Source: Minutocellus sp. GHC0000111 (taxonomy: Eukaryota). From it: a stretch of 64,000 nt of DNA. Below, piece by piece: positions 35,443 to 47,087 of the stretch (positions are counted from its first letter, which is position 1; each line of letters opens with the position of its first letter). The stretch covers positions 372,001 to 436,000 of the forward strand of contig OZ361256.1 of NCBI GenBank assembly GCA_977018835.1, written 5' to 3'. The notes beneath the pieces are model-generated. The model was not told the origin of the DNA. It ran no database searches and was given only the letters and a program-made list of their open reading frames with translations. A program made the position numbers and the translations under genes.

Positions 35443-36067
35443 CGCTGGAACGAAAATGAAACTGACGAGGTGTGGGACACCCTCTTTGCCCCCCGAACGG
35501 TTAGAGATGCGGCATAAGGCGAGCAGAGTTGCACCCCAGGTAAATTTATGCGTTCTTTCGATTGTTGGTCGTTGCGCGACAAAGTCTGAAAACGGCCGGA
35601 AAGTGGTCTTTTTGGGGCCGGGGGTCGGCAAAGAAACGATTTTTTTTCTTTTGTCGCGACGACAGGGGTGTTCCACAAGAAAATAATTCATAGCAAAGTT
35701 TTTTCAGAATTGATCTATCTGATTTGGTTGCTGGGGCAATTTGCTTTTTCTGTTTTACTAGGCGGTTGTTAGTGTCTTTTGCTTTTCTCGCCGATTTTCT
35801 GAAATGTAAAATTTTCTACAACCTGATAAATTTTATGTTCGCTTTCTCAGTGACGTGGCCATTTTTCACGCAGGCGAAGTTAGCGAAAAAAAGGGTCATG
35901 TTCGAGGTAGCTAAATGCTGTCACCAACTCAATTATATTGACTCAAAATATATCAGGAGAACCCTCTTAGAGTACTCTATCGGTTGGCATGCCGGTGGTT
36001 TTCTGAGGTTGAGTGTACGTGATTTTATGGTTAGCACAAGACAGTGAGTTTTATTCTGTTTCCAGCG
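35443..36067. mobile_element. Degenerate MITE-like element (625 bp)
   Basis: Imperfect 24-bp TIRs CGCTGGAACGAAAATGAAACTGAC versus rc CGCTGGAAACAGAATAAAACTCAC (19/24). Right flank TA, left flank TG. AT-rich non-coding interior. Confidence 0.5.
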
Positions 36068-36363
36068 TAGCTAGTCAGGTGCTCCGGCTTCTTTACACGT
36101 ACGTACATGCATGAGTCAGGTCGACACGTCAAAAAGAAACAATTTGCATGGCAGCGCAGAGAAGACAGTTCGCAGAATTCAAACCAAACAATCAGAACCT
36201 CTACACGGCTAGGAATTCCTACTACAACGCGGTAAGGCGAAGCTCCCTCAATCTCTGACTGCATGAAACTTCCAAGACGACAGTACTAGTAGCGAGAAGC
36301 AGCGTATGTAGTCAGAGAGCGAAGGCTCAATAGTAGAAACAGACGCACATCGGCAGCGATAAC

Positions 36364-37314
36364 ATGCGTATTCCCACATCTGCCACCGTGCGTACAATCG
36401 CCGGCATCCTCATACTGAGCACATCATGCGCCACCCTCATCCAAGCCTTCTCGCCAGCCAACAGCAATGATGGCTTCTCCCTATCGGCATATCATCGTGC
36501 CCGTGCTCTGGAAACCTCCAAAACCCTCGATGCCTCACGGTTTCACTTTCAGATATGCTTTGTGGACAACGACAACTTTCATGGCCGCATCGCCGAGGGA
36601 ATGCTGGGTCGCATCGCCGAGTACAATGACGCGCAGTTTACAATATTTCCAGGTTCGGCTACGATTTCGTCAAGTCCAAAGGCACCACGCGACGCAGCGG
36701 CACCCGAAGAGGCCGTGGCGATCTGCGAAGAGTTGGGATTGTGCTCAGTGCGATGTGCCGATATGGGAACGTCGTTTGATATATCGTTTCTGGATGAGTA
36801 CGACTTGATAATCTCAATGGACGAGGAGATTCAAGAGATGATTCTGAGGTCATTGCCGGCCGAGGGGTATGAGTCCAAGTGCCGATTATTATCCGAGTTT
36901 CTCAGTGGCGATTTTTATTCAATCAATACGAAGAAGATGGGCGATGCCGCAAATGAAAACAAATCTAGTGAATCGGTTCTCATCGACATGATTGAGCCGG
37001 AGCTTTGGGAGAGAGCTGGCCCATTCTACGAAATGGCAAAGGGTTCGAGTAGCTCCATCTTCGCTGCTTCGTCAACAATATCCAAGGATGTTGCCGAGCC
37101 TCGCATGATATTATCCGAGAGCGGCGCTGCAGTACCCAACACGGATGGCTGGCCGCTCGTGGAAGCTGCCATGCTGGTGGCATGTGCAGGAGTGACGAGA
37201 TTCTGCCTTGAGACGATGGACTCTCAGTTCGATTTGGCTTTGCAGACTTTACTGAATCACCAGCACAACTACATTCCTTATAATACTTCTTTTTATTCTA
37301 CCACGCTGCACTGA
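36364..37314 (+). CDS. Low-molecular-weight protein tyrosine phosphatase-fold protein, predicted plastid-targeted, lacking the catalytic Cys
   Basis: ICFVDNDNFHGRIAEGML aligns with the LMW-PTP P-loop VLFVCxGNxCRSxxAE. FLDEYDLIISMD...CRLLSEF are typical downstream motifs. Signal peptide followed by IQA-FSP. Confidence 0.65.
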   Translation: MRIPTSATVRTIAGILILSTSCATLIQAFSPANSNDGFSLSAYHRARALETSKTLDASRFHFQICFVDNDNFHGRIAEGMLGRIAEYNDAQFTIFPGSATISSSPKAPRDAAAPEEAVAICEELGLCSVRCADMGTSFDISFLDEYDLIISMDEEIQEMILRSLPAEGYESKCRLLSEFLSGDFYSINTKKMGDAANENKSSESVLIDMIEPELWERAGPFYEMAKGSSSSIFAASSTISKDVAEPRMILSESGAAVPNTDGWPLVEAAMLVACAGVTRFCLETMDSQFDLALQTLLNHQHNYIPYNTSFYSTTLH

Positions 37315-37565
37315 CGGCAAAAAAGAGAGGTGAAATGAAGGGGAGGATTGATAGGAGAGGAAACCGGTGTGACGATCCGGAACTCGCTCAAATTTAATAA
37401 ACAAGATCCGCACTGACCCACCTGCACCCTCTCCTACCCCCGCCTCCCACTCCCCACCACCCCACACGGACCAAAGAGTTCCCCCGGTTAAAACTCGATA
37501 ATTATTGCTCGAGCATCTTCTTTTAATCTTCCTACTATCACATGGGTTCCTGACAAATGGTCCCT

Positions 37566-38989
37566 TTAACCGACGTAAAGGCTCCGGTCAATGGTGGCGG
37601 GGATGGGGCGGATCTCGGTACCGAGCTCCTTCTCGACCCGTCGGAGGGAGTCACGATCCTCGTACGTGATGAGGTTGACGGCAAGGCCGAGGTGGCCGAA
37701 CCGTCCCGAGCGGCCGATGCGGTGCAGGTAGGTCTCGGAGTTCTTGGGGAAGTCGAAGTTAATAACAACGTTGACGGACTGGATGTCGATACCGCGGGTG
37801 AAGAGGTCCGACGTCACGAGGTGGCGGGTGGCACCGTTGCGGAACTCATGGAAGACACGGTTGCGGTTGGCCTGCTGCATCTTGGCGTGGATGTAGTAGC
37901 AGGAGTACCCGAGCTCGGTGATCTTCTGGCCAGAAGCTCGACGCGGTTGACCGAGTTGCAGAAGATGATGGACTGGTTGATCTCGAGCTTGGAGAAGAGG
38001 GTGTTGAGGCAGTGGACCTTCTGCCGCTCCTCGACGTAGGCGTAGAACTGGGTGATGCCGCGGAGGGTCAGCTCCTCCATGAGGTTGATCGAGTACGGGT
38101 GGGGACGAACTTCTGGCAGAAGGACTTGACCGTCACGGGGAAGGTGGCGGAGAAGAGGCAGATCTGATGCGTCTTGTCGCAGAGGTTGATGATCTGCTCG
38201 AGGACGGGCTGGAACTCCGGCGATAGGAGCTTGTCAGCCTCGTCCATGATGATGGTGCGGCACTTGGACAGGTCGGCGACCTTCTTGGAGGCCAGGTCGA
38301 GGATGCGGCCGGGCGTCGCGACGATGATGTGAACGGTATTGTACAGACGCATGATGTCATCCTTGAGGGAGGTACCGCCCGTGGTGACCATGCAGTGTAG
38401 GCCCATGTGCTTGCCAACCTCTTTGACAATGGCCGATGTTTGCAGCGCCAGTTCGCGCGTGGGGATAAGAATGAGGACTGCGGGTCGATCGGTCACATGC
38501 GACGGGTCGGAGAGATAAAGAGTTAGAACAAAGCATATCTTTTGACATGAATAATTGGCGCGGGGGTCCGACATTCCGACACCTCCGGAGCGTTCCGACA
38601 CATAATTATGGGCTCCTTTTTTCCCATCGCCGATACTTACTCTGGATGTGATTCTTGGACGTGTCCGTCTTTTCGAGGCACGGGATGATGTAAGCGGCGG
38701 TCTTGCCCGTGCCGTTCTTGGCCCTGGCCAGGACGTTGCGGTTCTGCAGAATAATGGGGATGGCCTCCTCTTGGATGGGGCTGGGCTTTTCGAATCCCTT
38801 CTCGAAGATGCCCATGAGAAGCTCCCGCTTCAGGAAGAAGTCCTCGAAGTCCCGCCCCTTGGTTTGCGTGACGTCCTCGGTCCTGTAGCGGTTGTCCTTG
38901 GCGGGGGCGACGAGGCCGTCGCGGTACGTTCCGGTACCGGCGACGGTCTCCCCACCCGCTGGTTGTTGTTGTTGTTGAACGGAGGCCAT
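37566..38989 (-). CDS. DHH1: DEAD-box RNA helicase DHH1/DDX6 (2 exons; two apparent 1-nt deletions)
   Basis: Exon 1 38989-38641, intron 38640-38478. Motifs [38 protein letters not shown] and [12 protein letters not shown]. Frameshifts near 38100 (ccc a[a]c ccg) and 37930 (gcc a[a]g aag). Confidence 0.95.
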
Positions 38990-40446
38990 TTTGCTTCTTC
39001 CGCGGTTTTATTTTCTGTGGTCAGGAATTTTTGGCTCGCCTGTGGTGTTGGTTTTGCGTTAATTTTGGTTCTCAAGAGAGTTAATGTGTGGCTGAATAAT
39101 ATCGCTGCGCTGCTGTCTTCTTTGCCGTAATATAATTGGCTAAAGGATACGGTCGCGGCGTTGATTCTATCGCTCGCTGGTTGGCGTTACTCGCTTGGAA
39201 TGGCATGTTGGACGTGGAAGCGGGCGGCGGCGAGAGAAGCATCGTGCCGCGACCGACAGCTGGAAGATACGCGGCGGGACTACGAATTGCTACCTGTACG
39301 TGCGTAGACGTACATTGATTTCGGGTGCTAGGGAGTGAAAGTTTGAAGCTAACGCTCGGTCGGGCTGGAACCTGCCTGATGAGGCTCTGGGAGAGTTGGG
39401 GAACATCGCATCCCACATGTGGCGAAAGGCACTGGCCGAGTCTGAAACATTTCCAGCTGGAAAGTCTAATTGGAATCCGTAAACCATCTTGATGTTCCCT
39501 GCCAACGACGCAGCTGCCATCAATGCCGCTGATGTTGCATCCATCCTGACACCTCTTTTCTGACTTCTCTTTTTTTGCAAAGAAGAAAGAAAGAAGAAAA
39601 AAACTAAAAAGGCCCTCAATCCAAACATTCGCACTGATTCTTTCTTTTTCTTCGGCGAGCAGGCCTTTCACTGAAAAGGCCCAAGTGCGCGGAGAAGGGC
39701 CTGCAACCCTGTTTTGACATTTGTTCTCACTGTGTGTGTGATGCAAACGAGGCTGCTACCTGCCTCCACTTGCACCCGGTGACCGACCGGACGGAGTGCC
39801 TGAGATGATGGCCTTGACACGTCGTCAAAGGCAGAAAGCTGTGGACAAGGCGGCTAGCAGAGAGTGAAAAACAACAATCAATTGCAACAAGAAGCGGAAG
39901 GGTGAGCGCGTGTCGAATCCCTTGCCCATGCAATTGCGTGAAGACAAGACCCCCATCCGTTGGTGGCTGCAGATCAATCAAAAGAGTTGACGAGGAAGAA
40001 GAGATGGATTCGTCTCCAGCACGTGATGAGAGTGACTTGATTGACTCCATGTGTGTGAAATGCGAAATCTGCTAGCATCCGCAGACCGAAGCTGCGCAAA
40101 GCCTTCGACGTTGTAAACAACAGGTAGGTGCGGCGATGTTCACAGCATGTCATCACCCGCCTGAATTTCCCATCATCCATGTGTGCTCCTGCTTCAAACT
40201 CTGGATCATCTTTTTCATCTTCTTCCCGTCTGACTCGCCCCTTTTGTTTCTCGAAAACAATGACTCGCTCGACCCATTTGAAACAAAAAAGGAGAGAGTC
40301 GAGTCTTCTTCTTTCTTCAGGGCGTGCCGACCGGTGTGTGTTGGTGTGACTTACTAGATCTACTAGTAGCTAGTAGGGGTTAGGTAGATCTACATGGATT
40401 TATTCAGGTCTTCATGCACTAGATCTACAGTCTTTATTGCTATTAA

Positions 40447-41347
40447 CATGGAAAACGCAGTTTTAGCTTAAGCTAAGGTTCCGCACTACACCAGCTAGCT
40501 GCTACCATTCGGCGCGCTGCTATCCTAATGGAAGGTAGAGGGAAGGAGTGCGAGCCTCCGACCTAAATGGTGGGTAACCACCGGTTTAGCTCCCCCTCAG
40601 GAAGGCGAGAGCCATGCCGTTCCTCCTAGAGTCATCTGTAACATCTTGGTGTGTGTCGTTGCCCCCTAAAACCACCCTTTGAAAGGGAAAATCAGGCCAT
40701 TGTCGTTCGTCTTGGTTCGTCCGATCCCATCTGGATCATGTCATCAATTGTCGGTTGCTGTCGATGGTGGGGAAAAGTAGTGTGTAATCGGGAGTTCTTC
40801 GGGCACATCCAATGTGCCATGTCGAGACTTGATTGCTAGTTCGACTTGTTCTATCCATCGTTCTTTCGTTGCAAGGGGGAGATCTCGGTATTCTCGTCGT
40901 TTGAAGGTCTTGAATAAGGGCAGGTCATGAGCATCGACTAGGGCTTCTTTTCGTTTGATGTATTGTCGGATCTTCTTGTCGCACGCTTGGCTCTTCACGC
41001 TGTCATCTACATGGTGCAGTATTGCGTTCCGCTGGAACCACACGCCCTCAAAGAGCAGCCACATTCCTCGAATTAGTCGTATTTGAAACACTTGGGCCAG
41101 CAAGGTGTCCTTTTCTGGGAAACGTTCGATGTAGCATTGATTCTGGGCGACTCCCCAGTAGGGCGAGATGCGACCTTTGATCATGTTGATCCATCCAATG
41201 TTTTGTTGGTCCACCCATGCTCGTTGTAGGTTGCGTCCAGCGGTGTCCTGAAGAAATATCGGGGATGGCTTGCTGTCGGAATGTCCAAGAGCATAAAGTA
41301 ATTCTTCCTCAATCGTTTGCCAAATCGACGGGAGCACGTGTATCTTG
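40447..41347 (-). mobile_element. 5'-truncated non-LTR retrotransposon fragment (C-terminal ORF domain plus 3' UTR; Ambal-like) flanked by an 18-bp TSD
   Basis: AGTCTTTATTGCTATTAA occurs at 40429-40446 and 41348-41365. The ORF is open from the TSD edge to 40744, with QQNIGWINMIKGRISPYW...W...VWFQRNAILH, a pattern I associate with the C-terminus of diatom non-LTR RT/RNase H polyproteins. Confidence 0.75.
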
Positions 41348-41403
41348 AGTCTTTATTGCTATTAATACATTATTTCCATTATTTTAACATCGTTTCTTCC
41401 TCA

Positions 41404-42975
41404 TCATTTATGCGGAATTCCAATACCAACAAACAACAAATGCGCCGTAACCACGCAAAGAAGAGTTGATATTCCACCCCTCGATGAAAGATTGAAGACC
41501 GAGATGCTCAAAACCATCATGCCAAAAGGGACGGGAACGAATGCCGACACTACCGCAACTAAACTCGGCGCCATGCACGATCCCCAAGACCAGCCAACTT
41601 CATTTACAAATACCCGTCCAAGAAGGCTCCCCATTAGCAAGAGGGGATAAAGCAATCCACCGACAAATCCAGTTTCATTTGATATCCAATACGTGAGCAT
41701 TTTCACAAATAGTGACGCAATGAGAACGGATGCGCTAATGTTTCCACCTTTGACAATGACTGTGCCAATTTGATAGCTACCGTCACCCACGGTGAGAGGA
41801 AAGATATACCCAAGAACGCCATACAATAATCCTCCAACTGTTGCAAGAATCAATATTCTCTTCTCCTTTCCAATTTTTTCGTCGAGATAAATCTTGGCCT
41901 TGCCGGTCAAGCCTTTGGTAATCCCAGCAGTGATGAAGTATACCAGCGCAAGTGCTGCTCCCATCACTCCAAAGAACATGCCAACGAATACGTCCGTTGT
42001 TGAATATAAATGCAAGAATCCTGGCAGCAGAGTTTGTGTTGGTAGATATGTGTTGTCGTAAAAATAATCAAACACCAAGAATGATACCGTTCCTGCGATC
42101 TTCAGCTGCGATACTGTCCTGACGTATGGCAAACCATGCTGCCTGGTCAATGCCTCGAATCCTGGTAGCTCCAGGCATAGCAGTATTGCGGAAGCCGGCG
42201 TTGGTAATATTGTCGAGAACGCCGCAACCATGCCCGCGAGGATGATGAGTTTCGTCCGCCTACTTTCCACATCATCTTGGCTGGTACTGTCGCCACCAGT
42301 TCCATTTCTCGCTTCTGATTTATCCCTTGGTTGGGATTTATTTTCCACGTACCGGCAAGCTTTATTCACAACCACGGCCCAAACTTTGCTCATACCACCA
42401 CAGGCACTTCCCAATCCACTCTCGGGACCGACACTTGCTCCGCCCATCAAACTGACCAGACATGTGGTGGCCACCTTGACGCTTTCTATCGGATCGGACT
42501 CCAATGTCAATAAATCGTTCACGAATCCATTGTAATCATCGAACTTGAATATGTAACCCTTGAGTATACCGACGAGTACTCCCGTCAGTGCACCGATGCC
42601 AATCCATGCTGGATTGCCGGCAAGGAATGTGGTTGTCGCCGGATCGTCGGGGTAGGCATCGTTGCCCTGCATCGATAGCCATAATTTCGGCACCTCAAAT
42701 ACGACGTTGAGATATCCCAACGAAAATAATGACAATGCAGCCGATTGGATTATGATGAGTATTGTTTCTACGAGGTATGTGAACGGTGGCGTCGGTGACG
42801 CGTACGGTTGTCCCAGCAGAGTTTCCATCGCAGTTGGAGGCGGCGGGGCTACCGCCGCTGATGATGCTTGTTTTGCATCAGGCTCGGCAGCATCGTGTTG
42901 GGCGTGGGTGACTGCTTCCAATTCCTCCTCGGCATTCCCTTCTATATCACTTGTTGCGTCAGCTGTTGCCGTCAT
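41404..42975 (-). CDS. CLC-family (voltage-gated chloride channel / YfeO-like) membrane protein, no CBS domains
   Basis: SLMGGASVGPE, LAGMVAAFS..LPTP and GFVGGLLYP motifs; ~11-12 TM helices; intronless. Confidence 0.85.
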   Translation of the reverse strand: MTATADATSDIEGNAEEELEAVTHAQHDAAEPDAKQASSAAVAPPPPTAMETLLGQPYASPTPPFTYLVETILIIIQSAALSLFSLGYLNVVFEVPKLWLSMQGNDAYPDDPATTTFLAGNPAWIGIGALTGVLVGILKGYIFKFDDYNGFVNDLLTLESDPIESVKVATTCLVSLMGGASVGPESGLGSACGGMSKVWAVVVNKACRYVENKSQPRDKSEARNGTGGDSTSQDDVESRRTKLIILAGMVAAFSTILPTPASAILLCLELPGFEALTRQHGLPYVRTVSQLKIAGTVSFLVFDYFYDNTYLPTQTLLPGFLHLYSTTDVFVGMFFGVMGAALALVYFITAGITKGLTGKAKIYLDEKIGKEKRILILATVGGLLYGVLGYIFPLTVGDGSYQIGTVIVKGGNISASVLIASLFVKMLTYWISNETGFVGGLLYPLLLMGSLLGRVFVNEVGWSWGSCMAPSLVAVVSAFVPVPFGMMVLSISVFNLSSRGGISTLLCVVTAHLLFVGIGIPHK

Positions 42976-43184
42976 GTTGTTGTAGTATCGATGACGTGAT
43001 TCAACTCAATGGCCCAGCCATGCTGGCATCAAAAGATTCCTTGGGTTGTCTCACGGCAGCCTGGTGGTATACAGTCGTCAGTAGAAAGTCGGTGAATAAA
43101 AAAATAGAAAATAAATTCATAAGAAAATAAAAAATCCTCTATTTTCTTATTGTAACGTCCATCCGTCGTCATTTTCCCAACACC

Positions 43185-46100
43185 ATGAGGCGCCGCAAGA
43201 CAGGCAACGACGGCGCTGATTGCGGCCGCCGCAGTAGGAGCGATACAACTTCCAAGCGTTCCAGGGCAACTAAAGGTACAAAGTAAGTAGTCATGTGCAT
43301 GTTGTACCGAGATCTTTAATTTTGATCGACATTTCGCTCTCGATGTGTGGCTGACGATTTTCCTGCCCAGGACAGATGGAACCGCCGCCCATCCCGACCT
43401 TCGCCTCGATTTGAGACCATTCCAAGGTTGAAAAGGTGGCGCTATGGATGCAGCTTCCTTGTGTATGATATCATGAACCGTTTTGCATCGATAGCGCCAC
43501 CTCTTTTTCGACTGTGATCACGAACATGCACCTCTCATGATTTTGCTTTTTCTGAACTCGTCAATGTTAATCGTCGTGCCCCCCGTCGTTCAAGTCACGT
43601 CGAGAAGGTCACTCTTGGGCTTATTGAGGCTGCAGACGACCGATCTGTTGATGGTTGTAATTGTGGAACTGTTATTTGCATCAGCATTGGCAACGGCGAG
43701 CGAGGAAAGAAGTATCTTGATGCTTACTGCAACCTTACGAAAATTCTTGGTGAGAAGTGGAGTGTTGATAGCATCCTCAATGCAATCTTCCCTGGCGGCA
43801 CGTCACGGACGAGATGCGAGCAAGAATTTTGTTCATTGTTTGGTGTAGATACATCCCGTGTGTCTGTGAAAGATAGAGAGACTCTTGTCTTTGTTCTGGA
43901 GAAAGGGGCGCGCATACCGAGCAAGATTTCAACTGATCTCGAACCTCCAGATGAGTGGTGGGTCACCAAAGCTGTCAAATCGATATCAAATCATGCCCTG
44001 CAGGCAACGCAGCCATCACAACCAACCCCTCCCTCTCCTACCAGATCTCCCCAGCGCAAGAAAAAGAAGCGCGAAATTGCTGATAAGGGAACCAAAGAGG
44101 AGACAGAGGAGGAGCTGCGACTTCGACAATGCATGAGTGGAATAAATGAAATGTCTGAGAAGGACAAGAGCAGTGCTCGTGCGGTGTTAAAAGGTGTGAC
44201 CAACATGATGAATGGCTCGAAGCCAGACGGAAGTAACCGAATGGGCATGGAGAGGACGAAGAAGTACATGGCCGCCACGCTATTCTCTGTTCTACTTGCA
44301 CAGATGGACAGTGACATATTGTTCAGCTCGATGGCCCATCTTTTGGCAAGCTCACAAGAGGTAGGAAAGGAAAGTGTTGGCGCTGCTGCCAAACAAAGAA
44401 CTAGTGTAGTAACACCGCCGGCTCCAGCGGCTATTGATGCCTTGCTTGCACCTGTAATTGATTCCACCCTTCCGGCGCCGGATGAGATGGCTCATGCCAT
44501 CATTAGAAGTGTGAAGAGTGATATCGAATCGAATAGCGGCAAGGCGATAAAGCTGTCCATGCCTCTGAACAGATTGTTTGGCGTGCTGGCTGTTGCGCAA
44601 TCGAAGGATTTTCTCAACGACCCGAAGGTGCCTCCGGTGATAACGGCATACAAGGCCCACGACAACAACTGGCCGGTGAAGGTAATTGTATTGCCACATG
44701 GGTCTATTTCAATAAGTCCTTGGAGGCTGGCCGGTCGCCCCATAGATCTCTCAAAGCCAATGTGTCGATGCTCAGGGGTTTTATATCTGCCGACTTCGAA
44801 CTTCTAGCAACTCTCTTTGGTCTTGTTGGTGGGGCAGCGATGTACTCTTGTCTGTGGTGCGAGATGCTTAAATCTGAATACCATGATTTCGAGGAGGGAG
44901 AAGCAGTTATGAGAACGTTGGAAAGCATAACAGAGCACTATCACAAGTATGCTGGGAAAATGGGCGAGATGCCATCCAATACCATGCGCAATCCAAAGGC
45001 ACGAAAGCATACGAAGCGGAGGCTCACCAATCAAACTGCTCCGTTCGTCGCAAACCAATCCTGAATGTCCAACCTGGCAAATGCATTTGCATGCCATTGC
45101 ACATTATTCTTGGCATTACCGCCAAGCTCAATAGCTGGATCAACCGTTGTCTCGAAGCCATTGACGATCTATCCGCTGACCAGGACCAGCTGGACACAAA
45201 GTATGCATTGAAAGAGGCAAGAGAGAAGATGATAAGAGACATTCGAAAAGTTCGGAAAGATATTATTGACGCATCAGCAGAACTCAATGCCAACCTTGAC
45301 AATGAAGAAATGGAGGCCGAGATAGCAAACATTACCGGTCCAAATGCCATTGAAAAGAGTCTTGAGTTACTGGAAAAGATACAATATAATGAGCACATGT
45401 TTGCAGATGCCAATCGCAACATCCAGATGCAACAACTTGTCGAGCAGTATGATCAATTATCGAATTCCCTGGAAGATCTTGATGAAATCCTCAAGACGAT
45501 GGTCGGGCCTGCCGAGAGGGAATACTTTCAAGCAAAAAAGGAAGCCGGGATCGATGAAACAGTATATCACCACGACCTCGTGGGCGGTGATTGCTTCAAA
45601 TTCATGAAGTTGTACCAAAAGATATTCGACCGAGTTCTGAAATTAATTGAGAAGGATGGAAACGAAAATCAAAATATTGCTGGAAGGGCATTAGTGGAGA
45701 AGATGAAGGCAATTTGGAAAGACTGGGCGATACTGGGACGCCACATGAAGGCATGTGAAGCTCTCACCGACGAGCAGATCGAAGAAGTACGCACCTATTC
45801 CATTGAAATCCCTTGAAAGATCAAAGACTTTGTCGATAGTCCCCCCGTTCAACTCAGGAAGCCACTCAAGTATCCAGAGATGGTAAAGCTCCATTGTCTT
45901 GCGGCATTGCATCTACATGCCGTTGCCAGGGAGTACAATAGTATTGGTATTGTTGCCGAGGAAAGCGGGGAGGCCATCCATGCGAAATGGAACAAGCTAG
46001 CAAGTCGATTCTATGGAATGAGAGGAGGGAGGAAGGACAAGAGTGCCGTCCTTGAGCTTGAACGATCGCAGGAGCCTGCTACCTGTGAATGGATCAAGAA

Positions 46101-46431
46101 TATGCTCCTTGCCACACAAAGATTTGACGAGAATAAGAAAGCTGAGCGCAAGGCATTGAGGGAAAGTAGACGAAATGAAGATGAGGCCAACCAAGAGCAA
46201 GCAGATGGCGATAGCGATGATGACGATGACGACGATGATGACGAAAATCAAGATGGTGAAGAAGACAACCAGAACAATCATGGCAATGAAGATGACGAGG
46301 TAATACTCATCGAGCGATGCAATATATGCGATGCTATGATTCCACATTACTTTCTCTCCCTCCACAAGTTGCACGTTCACTCTCCTGAAAAGATCATCTC
46401 AACCAAGCGACTCGAAAAGTCCAAATTATAA
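43185..46431 (+). pseudogene. Decayed Chapaev/Transib-RAG1-like DDE transposase gene
   Basis: Ordered motifs across frameshifted ORFs: FISADFELLATLFGL...YSCLWCE; RTLESI; KPILNV...MPLHIILGI; GP...GIDETVYHHDLVGGDCFK; VKLHCLAALH...SIGIVAEESGEAIHAKWN; acidic tail; terminal CxxC...HxxxxH finger. Putative first exon 43185-43282 and intron 43283-43370. Multiple stops and frameshifts. Confidence 0.75.
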
Positions 46432-47087
46432 AAAATAACTTACTTTTCACTTTCAAGTCACTCCAGTACCACTTTGGACTCAGAAACTCCAGGACATTAA
46501 CAATAACGCCATCAAAGCACGCCCGTCCTTTGAATTATGAAGTGCTTGCGATGTTGGTGGAACGAACGCTGTCTGAGAGAAGGCAACAGTCGATCAGTTG
46601 TGTTCGTTGTGACAGATGACGAGGAAGACGAGGAAATCGACAGCTCCCAATAACATGTGTTATTCTGCGTATCTTTCGTCGGACGACACAAAAATTGACA
46701 ACAGATATCTAGCAGTGACTCTGAGTCGTCGATATCCTAGTATTGTGTAGCGTATCACCAGATCTTGTACCTGAGAGCGGTGCGAGAAGAAGGACGGACA
46801 TTGGGCTGATGTCGAGGTGTCAAGAAATGAGCGGGCGAGCGAGAGGAGCGGCCTTCATTTCGTCTGTCCGCCAACGGGACTACTGTACGTACTCACGTAG
46901 ATACGAGGCTACCGTGGTCTTCGCCTGCTTGCGCGCGCGCGCGGCCGCCCCTTTTGCCTTTTGTTCAGTGCTCCCGTTATCCGGGTTCCCCCAAAATTCA
47001 AACGGCAGCCATGCTCATTCTTCCGCCCTCGGCTCCGACCTTGAGGCAACCGTTTGCGTTCCTTTCTTCCCCGGCCAAACCGCAACC

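Noticed and set aside
39081..40357. Several 60-220-aa ORFs upstream of DHH1
   Set aside because: No motifs or codon bias; they cross low-complexity A/T tracts.
31276..42975. Fluoride-resistance cluster (FEX + CLC-F)
   Set aside because: The genes are ~8.5 kb apart with unrelated genes between them, and the CLC lacks the CLC-F GNNLI/GREGT/GEVTP signatures.
43000..46800. Intact ProtoRAG-like element with a RAG2-like partner and RSS-like TIRs
   Set aside because: No kelch/PHD gene nearby and no convincing terminal inverted repeats found by eye; the transposase is decayed.
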